A stretch of 41,883 nt of DNA, taken from the IMG/VR virus record IMGVR_UViG_3300045988_090545, one strand, 5' to 3'. Shown in pieces: positions 1 to 6,410 of the stretch. Made by a program: the position numbers and the translations under genes. The notes beneath the pieces are model-generated. The model was not told the DNA's origin. It was given only the letters and a program-made list of their open reading frames with translations, and did not search any database. Each line of letters begins with the position of its first letter. The first letter of the stretch is position 1. Origin of the DNA: a virus.

Positions 1-55
1 CAGGAGATTAACAGAATGATTGCAGAAAAATAGGGAGAGTGTTATGCTCTCCCTT
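1..55. repeat. Terminal overlap of the contig (identical to 41829-41883), indicating a circular or circularly permuted sequence
   Basis: Read directly: the 55 nt CAGGAGATTAACAGAATGATTGCAGAAAAATAGGGAGAGTGTTATGCTCTCCCTT occur at both ends. Bases 1-33 are the 3' end of the ORF that finishes at 41861. Confidence 0.95.
32..54. terminator. Terminator stem-loop, copy 1 (AGGGAGAG-TGTTATG-CTCTCCCT), separated from its T-tract by the IS insertion
   Basis: Perfect 8-bp stem with 7-nt loop. Preceded by an A-run and followed by the IS end instead of the T-run seen after copy 2. Confidence 0.7.
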
Positions 56-1710
56 CAGACTGTAGACAAAACGCTTTTGGTCAGCACTCCAGAAGCGTTT
101 TTCTTGTTTTGGGTTCAAAAAGTGTGTACTTGATCAATAATAAACACTTTTGGGTTCCCCTTTTTCCCTTCCTGGCTATCATCTTTGCCAGTTTTTTCAG
201 ATTCATGCAGGCAAACGTAAGCCCGACTTTCATTTCCATCCGGGCTTTTCCTATCATCTGTGTATAGCGGAATCCGTGGTTTTCTTTTGCTGTTCCGAAG
301 AGGCGCTCTACGGTCTCTTTCCGTTGCGCATACACTTCCTTCATCCCAATCGTATGCCGGATATCCTCACACTTTTCCATGTACGGCTCCCAGATATGCC
401 GGGTCACTACCTTCACATGATCCCTGCTTTCTGTGCACTGCTTCAGATATGGACATCCTTCACAGACGATTCCGCAGCTCTTGTATTCCCGGTATCCGGA
501 ACGGTTCGTCGTATGATAAGCCAGCACCTGATCGTTCGGGCATACATAGCAGTCAAAATATTCATCATACACATACTCGCCTTTTTTGAAAAAACCATCT
601 TTGGTCATGGGGCGTTTATACGGCAGAAGCGGTGTGATACCATCATCCAGAAGTAACTTTGCTATCGCTGGTGTTTTGTATCCTGCATCGGCTACCAGTG
701 TCTGAATGCCAATGTCTTTTATCTTATCATACAGGGATTTAAATGTCCGGCTGTCATGCTGGTTGCCGGGATTTACACTATAACCCAGAATCCATCCGTT
801 TTTGTCACAGGCTGTCTGCACGGAATACGCAAAAACATTTTTATGCTCACCCTTTCGGAACCATCCGCTTTCCGGATCCGTTGTACTTTCCTTAACCGTT
901 TTTTCTTCTTTTCCATCAGAGCTGCCACCACAGGAGGGGGGATCTTTGGGATCTTCCTTCTTTTCTTCCAGAGGCTTTTTCCCATGCGCTTCCCGGTCTT
1001 CGTTGATTTCCTTCTTTAACTGCTCTTCGAAGAACAGTGCTTCCTCATCTGCAATCCGTTTCCGCATCTTTTTGCTGTTTGCCCGTGCTTTTACATGGGT
1101 GGCATCCACGAAGACCTCGGAAGGATCAATCAGTCTGTATTTATAGCATTCCTGCAGGATACGGGAAAAGATCTGTTCAAAAAGATCAGTATCCTTAAAG
1201 CGTCTGGTATAATTCTTTCCAAACGTAGAGAAATGGGGAACCTTGTCCATCATTTCCAGACCGAGGAACCATCGGTATGCGACATTGACTTCGATTTCTT
1301 TTACTGTCTGGCGCATACTTCGGATGCCGTACAGATACTGGATGAATGGAATTTTAATGAGCATGACCGGATCCATGCTGGGGCGGCCATTGTCTGCACT
1401 GTATTTATCGATCACAAGATCATAGATAAAACTCCAGTCGATTGCCTGGTCAATCAGGCGCAGCAGATGATCCTGCGGAACAAGGTCATCCATGCAGAAC
1501 ATCTGAATCTGCTCTCTTTTCTTATCTGCATTCTGTGTCATCATAGGAAACACCGCCTTTATTTTGATACTTTCATTATACCAAAAAAGTAGTGAAAAGT
1601 CCCGTAAATACGGCATTTTCACTACTTCTTATATGCTTGTAAGTACATAATTTTTGCAGTCATGACACAAGAAAAGCTCCCTCGCAGGAAGGCGCTTTGT
1701 CTACAGCCTG
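56..1710 (-). mobile_element. IS1182-family insertion sequence (1655 bp)
   Basis: Imperfect 19-bp terminal inverted repeats (17/19): CAGACTGTAGACAAAACGC at 56-74 and the reverse complement of 1692-1710, CAGGCTGTAGACAAAGCGC. Contains a single transposase ORF. Flanked by a 25-bp direct duplication at 31-55 and 1711-1735. Confidence 0.9.
81..1544 (-). CDS. IS1182/IS5-like DDE transposase
   Basis: The N-terminal region (LVPQDHLLRLIDQAIDWSFIY..DNGRPSMDPVMLIK..YGIRSMRQ) is typical of the DUF772 transposase N-domain. The C-terminal part carries a DDE-type region (VADAGY.., ETVERLFGTAKENHG). Start moved to the MMTQ.. ATG at 1544; the longer 1622 start lacks support. Confidence 0.9.
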   Translation of the reverse strand: MMTQNADKKREQIQMFCMDDLVPQDHLLRLIDQAIDWSFIYDLVIDKYSADNGRPSMDPVMLIKIPFIQYLYGIRSMRQTVKEIEVNVAYRWFLGLEMMDKVPHFSTFGKNYTRRFKDTDLFEQIFSRILQECYKYRLIDPSEVFVDATHVKARANSKKMRKRIADEEALFFEEQLKKEINEDREAHGKKPLEEKKEDPKDPPSCGGSSDGKEEKTVKESTTDPESGWFRKGEHKNVFAYSVQTACDKNGWILGYSVNPGNQHDSRTFKSLYDKIKDIGIQTLVADAGYKTPAIAKLLLDDGITPLLPYKRPMTKDGFFKKGEYVYDEYFDCYVCPNDQVLAYHTTNRSGYREYKSCGIVCEGCPYLKQCTESRDHVKVVTRHIWEPYMEKCEDIRHTIGMKEVYAQRKETVERLFGTAKENHGFRYTQMIGKARMEMKVGLTFACMNLKKLAKMIARKGKRGTQKCLLLIKYTLFEPKTRKTLLEC

Positions 1711-1711
1711 T

Positions 1712-1740
1712 AGGGAGAGTGTTATGCTCTCCCTTTTTTA
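1712..1740. terminator. Terminator stem-loop, copy 2, with T-tract
   Basis: Same 8-bp stem and 7-nt loop as 32-54, followed by TTTTTT. Part of the 25-bp target duplication. Confidence 0.75.
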
Positions 1741-2217
1741 TTCGTATGTCTTATATTCTTTTCCATCAGCAATGATTACTTTCATTTTATCCCACAATTT
1801 ATTAATATCTTCCGTATCCATTTCTATGTGTCTGCAGTCAAAACAAAAACCTGCCTTGCCGAGACTATCATTTACATATTTTCTTTCTCGTACTCTTTTT
1901 GCACATTCGGTTCTGTAATCATAATCAATTTCATCGTTCAATTTGTCATATGGAATATATACTATTATGGTTTTTGTATCACCATTATAGCTTCCACGCT
2001 TGGTTTTGCAATCAGGGCATTCCTGCTTATATTGAATGTAAGACATTTCAACTGCTTTGCACCCAATAGAGTTTTCTTTATCTTTTTGCTCTAAGTAACA
2101 TTCATGGCAAAGACCATATTTTTCAAAATATGCTATTTTTTTCTCTCTTTCTTCGCTTTTCCCGAAAAGTTCCTTTTCTTGAACATGTCCGCAGCTAAAT
2201 TTTACATTATATTTCAT
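1738..2217 (-). CDS. Hypothetical Cys-rich protein (several CxxC/CxH pairs, probably zinc-binding)
   Basis: 159-aa ORF with RBS-like AAGGAGAATTG upstream. Motifs CGH..CHEC..CPDC. No family recognised. Confidence 0.6.
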   Translation of the reverse strand: MKYNVKFSCGHVQEKELFGKSEEREKKIAYFEKYGLCHECYLEQKDKENSIGCKAVEMSYIQYKQECPDCKTKRGSYNGDTKTIIVYIPYDKLNDEIDYDYRTECAKRVRERKYVNDSLGKAGFCFDCRHIEMDTEDINKLWDKMKVIIADGKEYKTYE

Positions 2218-2259
2218 ATCAATTCTCCTTTGTTATGACTTATTTGCTGTTCCTTATGA

Positions 2260-2268
2260 TGTTATAAT
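2260..2268 (+). promoter_or_regulatory. Extended -10 promoter element TGTTATAAT for the RHH operon
   Basis: Matches TGnTATAAT and lies 125 nt upstream of the RHH start. Three operator-like repeats lie just downstream. Confidence 0.5.
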
Positions 2269-2273
2269 ACACT

Positions 2274-2348
2274 TATGTTCCCATAGTTTCAATTGCCAAA
2301 TTATACAAATATGTTCCCATATTTTTGTGCATTTTATATGTTCCCATA
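2274..2348 (+). promoter_or_regulatory. Three direct copies of a 12-bp operator-like box TATGTTCCCATA
   Basis: Exact copies at 2274-2285, 2310-2321 and 2337-2348. Each has internal TATG/CATA dyad symmetry. All lie between the promoter and the RHH gene. Confidence 0.6.
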
Positions 2349-2392
2349 GCAATAGGAATGTGCTATTATACTCATTGAAAGGAGTTGATGAC

Positions 2393-2575
2393 ATGGCAGT
2401 ATCGCAAAAGCAACTTGGATATGCAAAAAAATATCTGTCAACACTGGATGAAATCAGGATTCGTATTCCGAAAGGAAAGAAAGAGGAGTACAGATCCGCT
2501 GCGGAAGCATCAGGGAAGAGCCTAAATCAATTTATCATTGATTGCATTGAAGCAAATTTACAAACGAAAGGTTAA
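2393..2575 (+). CDS. Ribbon-helix-helix (Arc/CopG-like) DNA-binding protein
   Basis: 60 aa. RBS AAAGGAG lies 8 nt upstream of the ATG at 2393. The pattern ..IRIRIPKGKKEEYRSAAEASGKSLNQFIIDCI.. (beta-strand then helix-helix) is typical of RHH proteins. Confidence 0.65.
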   Translation: MAVSQKQLGYAKKYLSTLDEIRIRIPKGKKEEYRSAAEASGKSLNQFIIDCIEANLQTKG

Positions 2576-2578
2576 AAT

Positions 2579-2896
2579 GTGGAAATTATGAAAGAATTAG
2601 CAAAAATGTATTTATGTTACATGGAGGATGGAAGCAATTGCATTTATTGTAATCCTTACACAGGCAGAGCAGAGCCAGACGAAATAAACATTATTATTTA
2701 CGATTCGGAAACCGTGCATATTGTTAATTTGCAAGACGGAACAAAAGGCATAGAATTTGGAAGAGTTATTTATACAGACCATGAGTTAATATCTGATTCC
2801 AAAAACAAAAAGTTATTTGTAAGAATTTATAACAATGGAGATGAAATCGGAAGACCTACCGGGAAATTGGTTGGAATTGCAGAAATGGTGTTATAA
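2579..2896 (+). CDS. Hypothetical protein, co-transcribed partner of the RHH gene
   Basis: 105-aa ORF starting 4 nt after the RHH stop (GTG at 2579, or ATG at 2588), followed by a strong terminator. No family recognised. Confidence 0.55.
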   Translation: MEIMKELAKMYLCYMEDGSNCIYCNPYTGRAEPDEINIIIYDSETVHIVNLQDGTKGIEFGRVIYTDHELISDSKNKKLFVRIYNNGDEIGRPTGKLVGIAEMVL

Positions 2897-2902
2897 AAAA
2901 GC

Positions 2903-2936
2903 AAGAGAGAGGTTTTATCCTCTCTCTTCTATTTTG
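2903..2936. terminator. Bidirectional rho-independent terminator
   Basis: AAGAGAGAGG-TTTTAT-CCTCTCTCTT is a perfect 10-bp stem. It has an A-run on the left and a T-run on the right. Confidence 0.8.
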
Positions 2937-3069
2937 AAACAGAAAAACTATTTCAACCCGTGCCCGCCAGAATCGGCAGCGGAACCATCACAACGACCAT
3001 CTACGCTGTGAGACTGATTAGAATATAGCATATTACTTCGTTTTTGTCAAATCATAAGCCATTCTCCTA

Positions 3070-4071
3070 TTATGCTACTCTATTGTATTTGTGCTGCATC
3101 TCCTCTATATCATCCACAAGATAGTACTGGACCGTCATGTCAGGCTTTGCATGGCCCAGCAATTTACTCACCAGCAATACATCACCCGTCTTACGGTATA
3201 ATACGCTTGCAAATGTCTTACGATACACATGCACCGTGGCTGTGATCCTGGTTACTCCTCCCCGGACAGCTATTTCTTTAGCCAGCTTTTCGATACCGTA
3301 TGTGCGCATCCGGTTATATGGTGCTCTATCTGCCAAAAATAACGGATCTGTTCCCGGTCTGTCCCCGATATAATTTCTTAATGCCATGACCGCTACCGGT
3401 GTAAGCATTCCGGTGCGGTAGGTGTCTGTCTTCTCGGCATAGATTGATACCTGCCTGTGCACTAAATCAATATCTGACACATTCAAAGCGGAGATCTCGC
3501 CTACTCGCATTCCTGTGCAGATCATCAACTCAAACAATGCCTTTTCCTTGGGTGTCTGTAATGCATAACGGATAGTTTCAACCTCTTCATCCGTCAGGCG
3601 CACCTTCTTCTTTTTCACCTGCTTCACACGATCCACACCGTCAATGATATTATGCTGGATGTGCTGTTTACGGAATGCCCAGCCGAAGAACGTGCAGAGA
3701 TACCGGTATATGGTGGACTTATAATTTTGGCTGATATGATCCCGGTAACTCCTGATAGCAAGGTAATCTGTGATATCCTGTGCAGTAATTGCTTTGTAAT
3801 TTTTGCCAACATGGTTAAAAAACTTACTGATGATACCGATATAGCTGCGAATTGTGCCTTTATGCAGTCCTTCCGCTACTCCATCGACGCAGTATCTCTG
3901 CATCAGCCATTCGTTATCGTGATCTACGACAACCGGCAATTGTTTACTCTCTACCAGCTCAAAGTCCTGCAGTTTTACATACAAGGTGATTTTCATGCGG
4001 TCAATCTGTTCCTTGCTTAAAAAATCGTCCAGTTCATAGGCAACTTCATTAATCAGGTCATTTTTCGTCAT
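3070..4071 (-). CDS. Tyrosine site-specific recombinase (XerC/D / phage-integrase family)
   Basis: Catalytic signature R (CTGMRVGE), HxxR (HVYRKTF), H (LLGHAKPDMT) and Y (VQYY), plus an N-terminal SAM-like domain. RBS AAAGAGG lies before the ATG at 4071. Confidence 0.9.
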   Translation of the reverse strand: MTKNDLINEVAYELDDFLSKEQIDRMKITLYVKLQDFELVESKQLPVVVDHDNEWLMQRYCVDGVAEGLHKGTIRSYIGIISKFFNHVGKNYKAITAQDITDYLAIRSYRDHISQNYKSTIYRYLCTFFGWAFRKQHIQHNIIDGVDRVKQVKKKKVRLTDEEVETIRYALQTPKEKALFELMICTGMRVGEISALNVSDIDLVHRQVSIYAEKTDTYRTGMLTPVAVMALRNYIGDRPGTDPLFLADRAPYNRMRTYGIEKLAKEIAVRGGVTRITATVHVYRKTFASVLYRKTGDVLLVSKLLGHAKPDMTVQYYLVDDIEEMQHKYNRVA

Positions 4072-4191
4072 AAGTGTACCTCTTTCTATTGCCTGCCAGG
4101 TAATCATATTTTATGATACTGGTAAGCAGTTGAGCGGTAGATGATATCTTTGGTCGGTGGGTGTACCGCTGTTTTTATGTAACAGTGACCA

Positions 4192-4220
4192 TTGACAGAT
4201 ATTTCAAGTCATGGTATTAT
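4192..4220 (+). promoter_or_regulatory. Near-consensus sigma-A promoter (TTGACA-17 nt-TATTAT) pointing antisense into the mini-gene array
   Basis: -35 at 4192-4197 and -10 at 4215-4220 with a 17-nt spacer. No convincing plus-strand ORF lies downstream. Confidence 0.45.
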
Positions 4221-4293
4221 TTGTTTGAATGGAACAAATGTTCTGTATTCGTGGATTTATCCCGGTGCAGTACATTTTGTTTTATCAAGGATT

Positions 4294-4494
4294 TCATTTC
4301 ACTCGCTTGTAAATATAATCACCCAGATAAATGATGCCATCGTAAAAATCTTTTGAATGCTTAGTTAAATCAATCTTGACTCTTTCATCTGAGAAAAATT
4401 CTGACATTAATCCGCATAACTTTTCCTGTTCAGAAGCCCTACCAGCAAAGAAAGCTGCAGATGTCAATAAAAGTATTTGTATGATTCCTCCCAT
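4294..4494 (-). CDS. Small hypothetical protein with hydrophobic N-terminus
   Basis: 66 aa from the ATG at 4494, preceded by AAAGGAG. The longer 4536 start would overlap the upstream mini-gene. Confidence 0.5.
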   Translation of the reverse strand: MGGIIQILLLTSAAFFAGRASEQEKLCGLMSEFFSDERVKIDLTKHSKDFYDGIIYLGDYIYKRVK

Positions 4495-4505
4495 TATCTT
4501 CTCCT

Positions 4506-4673
4506 TTACTTTTTGTCCGTCAATTCTCTGCCGCACAGCGGGCAGATTTTTATTTTTATTGCTCCCATCGGCTCGTTTTCGCTGTTGCAGAAAAGCATAT
4601 AATTCTCCGCTCCTAGCCTAATAATCCCATGTTTGCAACTTACATTTATATATTTCTCGCAAAAATCACACAT
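4506..4673 (-). CDS. Mini zinc-ribbon protein (55 aa), below the ORF-track cutoff
   Basis: Hand translation: MCDFCEKYINVSCKHGIIRLGAENYMLFCNSENEPMGAIKIKICPLCGRELTDKK. AAAGGAG lies 7 nt upstream. The ORF is preceded by a degenerate copy of the array element. Confidence 0.55.
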   Translation of the reverse strand: MCDFCEKYINVSCKHGIIRLGAENYMLFCNSENEPMGAIKIKICPLCGRELTDKK

Positions 4674-4700
4674 TTCGAATCTCCTTTACTAAATTTCAGT

Positions 4701-4934
4701 TTAGATGTTCATAACACCAGACTTCCATCCTGCTTTTTTAGCCTCTTCTGAAAGAATCTCATTTTCTTCAGCTATAGCCATTTTTCTTTGTTGTTTTTCT
4801 AAACAATATATTGATAAAATTTCATCCACCAACTCATTAATACTACATAACATATCTCCGTCAACCTCTTCGGTTCGTTCTGCATCATTTAAAATATTTT
4901 TTATATCTTCTGCACATTCATGTATTTTTCTCAT
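4701..4934 (-). CDS. Small acidic hypothetical protein
   Basis: 77-aa ORF preceded by array element copy B (GGAGG 7 nt upstream). Confidence 0.55.
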   Translation of the reverse strand: MRKIHECAEDIKNILNDAERTEEVDGDMLCSINELVDEILSIYCLEKQQRKMAIAEENEILSEEAKKAGWKSGVMNI

Positions 4935-4966
4935 ACAAATGCCTCCATAAATCTTAATATTTCAGT

Positions 4967-5257
4967 TTACTTATCATATTTCTTATCATCCAAAAGATCT
5001 ACATCTGTATAATTATCAAGACACTTTTCATAACGCCCTTCCTGCTTAGTAATGCCAGAATAAGTTTCATATGGGTTTGGAAGATTATGCTTCTTACAAC
5101 AGTCATAGCAAATAACAAAGCTTCTTGTTTTTTCTCTACACCCATATGGTTCATTGTCCGTATGATATCTGGCAAAATTTTGAAAAGGTGTCATAGATAA
5201 CAGCGTTGCCGTTCTATCACAGTCTTTTCCACAAAAATCACAAATTGCATGTATCAT
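4967..5257 (-). CDS. Small Cys-rich hypothetical protein (CDFC..CYDCC)
   Basis: 96-aa ORF preceded by array element copy C (GGAGG 9 nt upstream). Confidence 0.55.
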   Translation of the reverse strand: MIHAICDFCGKDCDRTATLLSMTPFQNFARYHTDNEPYGCREKTRSFVICYDCCKKHNLPNPYETYSGITKQEGRYEKCLDNYTDVDLLDDKKYDK

Positions 5258-5292
5258 CCTATTATCCCTCCACTAAATCCTAATATTTCAGT

Positions 5293-5448
5293 TTAGTTTA
5301 AATCCTCATCATAATAAAAACAGTCTCCGTCGCACGTTTCACACCCAATCGGGCATTGTTCTATATCATTTGGATTTCTTTTTTCATCATCTGCTTTACA
5401 ATATCCAATCGGGCAAAACACTTCTACACCGTCTTGCAATAATATCAT
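5293..5448 (-). CDS. Mini Cys-rich protein (51 aa), below the ORF-track cutoff
   Basis: Hand translation: MILLQDGVEVFCPIGYCKADDEKRNPNDIEQCPIGCETCDGDCFYYDEDLN. GGAGG lies 7 nt upstream (element copy D). The TAA stop is the first triplet of element copy C. Confidence 0.55.
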   Translation of the reverse strand: MILLQDGVEVFCPIGYCKADDEKRNPNDIEQCPIGCETCDGDCFYYDEDLN

Positions 5449-5461
5449 TCTTCTACCTCCG

Positions 5462-5674
5462 CTAAATCCCTAATATTTTTCTAAATATATTCCTTTTGGG
5501 CTTAATCACCTCGAAACACTTTTCTTTCCAGTCGAAGACATAATCCAGGTTGTATGAACTGAAACCAATATTGTAATGTCGCTTTCCTACCTCTCTGTAT
5601 TTTATTTCAAAATAAGGTTTTTCTTTTTTTCCAGTGACAATTATCTCGATTTCGCTTACTTTTATTTTTTCCAT
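5462..5674 (-). CDS. Small hypothetical protein
   Basis: 70-aa ORF with element copy E (AAAGGAG 6 nt upstream). Its last codons (..ILGI*) are encoded by element copy D. Confidence 0.55.
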   Translation of the reverse strand: MEKIKVSEIEIIVTGKKEKPYFEIKYREVGKRHYNIGFSSYNLDYVFDWKEKCFEVIKPKRNIFRKILGI

Positions 5675-5695
5675 ATTCCGCTCCTTTGCTAAATC

Positions 5696-5863
5696 CTAAG
5701 ACTTTAAGACCAAAGTTCCATTATTCCTTTCGACAGTATCCATTAAATGCATTGCTGCGTTTAGTGACTCCTTCTCTGCCAGAGATAATTCATCTGCAAA
5801 CTTATCAAATATGCAGGAAAGATTATTTATATGCTCCCGTGTTTCCGCATTATATATTTTCAT
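5696..5863 (-). CDS. Mini hypothetical protein (55 aa), below the ORF-track cutoff
   Basis: Hand translation: MKIYNAETREHINNLSCIFDKFADELSLAEKESLNAAMHLMDTVERNNGTLVLKS. GGAGG lies 6 nt upstream (copy F). The TAG stop lies inside copy E. Confidence 0.5.
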   Translation of the reverse strand: MKIYNAETREHINNLSCIFDKFADELSLAEKESLNAAMHLMDTVERNNGTLVLKS

Positions 5864-5875
5864 CCTATTCCTCCA

Positions 5876-6055
5876 CTAAATCCTAAGAGCATTACCGCAA
5901 AATCTACAGTACTTTGCCAATATCACACACTTGGAACCGCCTGTATAATGGCTTTCCACATATTTGTGTACTACTGCTCCGCAATATTTACAAGTTATTC
6001 TTGCCATAACAGCGTAGCTGTTATTTATTTCTTTCTGTTCATCGTGTGACCACAT
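5876..6055 (-). CDS. Mini zinc-ribbon protein (CKYCG..CRFCG)
   Basis: 59 aa from the ATG at 6055, with element copy G (AAGGAG 11 nt upstream). The 6094 start in the ORF track would translate the element itself. Confidence 0.5.
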   Translation of the reverse strand: MWSHDEQKEINNSYAVMARITCKYCGAVVHKYVESHYTGGSKCVILAKYCRFCGNALRI

Positions 6056-6086
6056 TTCTCGCTTAACTCCTTCGCTAAATCCTAAG

Positions 6087-6329
6087 TTACTCACTTACCA
6101 ATTCTGACAATTCCAAAAAATCAAGACTTCCCAGACCGTCATATATTCTATCAACTTCTTCCACGATTTCTTCACAGTACCCAGCCATTCTCAGTTGATC
6201 TGCAAAATCAGAATCTAAAGATTCGCAACCATATTCTGTTTTTGTTGATTTTTTCTGAAATTTCTCGTTTTTAGACATTTCCAAGCTTTCAATGCAACCA
6301 TTATCCGTTGTTTCAATGCAATATTTCAT
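6087..6329 (-). CDS. Small acidic hypothetical protein, first gene of the mini-gene array
   Basis: 80-aa ORF with RBS AGGAGG 7 nt upstream. Preceded by two strong hairpins rather than by the array element. Confidence 0.55.
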   Translation of the reverse strand: MKYCIETTDNGCIESLEMSKNEKFQKKSTKTEYGCESLDSDFADQLRMAGYCEEIVEEVDRIYDGLGSLDFLELSELVSE

Positions 6330-6356
6330 GTGATTTTCCTCCTGTTTTTAATTTGC

Positions 6357-6410
6357 CGAACTACCGAATTATCCTCGGTAGTTCGATTTCTCCCCCGTAT
6401 TACCGGGGGA
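6357..6410. promoter_or_regulatory. Two adjacent strong stem-loops at the operon boundary
   Basis: CGAACTACCGA-ATTATCC-TCGGTAGTTCG (11-bp stem, 6357-6385) and TCCCCCG-TATTAC-CGGGGGA (7-bp stem, 6391-6410). The second is followed on the plus strand by TTTTAACTTGCTTTTG. Confidence 0.6.

Larger units (their letters stand above)
4681..6086 (-). repeat. Seven dispersed copies of a start-associated intercistronic element, consensus (minus sense) CTTAGGATTTAGYGRAGG. Three copies carry the longer form TAAACTGAAATATTAGGATTTAGTGGAGG.
   Basis: Copies on the plus strand at 4681-4703 (degenerate), 4942-4969, 5267-5295, 5456-5480, 5681-5700, 5870-5887 and 6067-6086. Each ends in the SD of the next gene, 6-11 nt from its start codon. 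Confidence 0.85.

Noticed and set aside
150-1592. Plus-strand ORFs antisense to the transposase (150..656, 260..589, 756..1019, 802..1146, 1095..1592)
   Set aside because: They are fully nested in the 488-aa transposase gene, have no SDs, and show the low-complexity composition typical of antisense frames.
4133-4180. AGCGGTA..(24 nt)..TACCGCT plus GTTTTTAT as a plus-strand terminator or recombinase site next to the tyrosine recombinase
   Set aside because: The stem is short with a large unstructured loop, there is no gene to terminate on that strand, and there is no repeat partner elsewhere. The evidence is insufficient.
3070-6329. Integron interpretation (tyrosine recombinase plus cassette array with repeats)
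   Set aside because: - The repeats are about 18-29 bp, are not attC-like imperfect palindromes, and lack a GTTRRRY core.
- They double as ribosome-binding sites.
- The recombinase is co-oriented at the 3' end of the array rather than divergent from an attI site.
- Retained only as a loose analogy in the start-associated-element finding.
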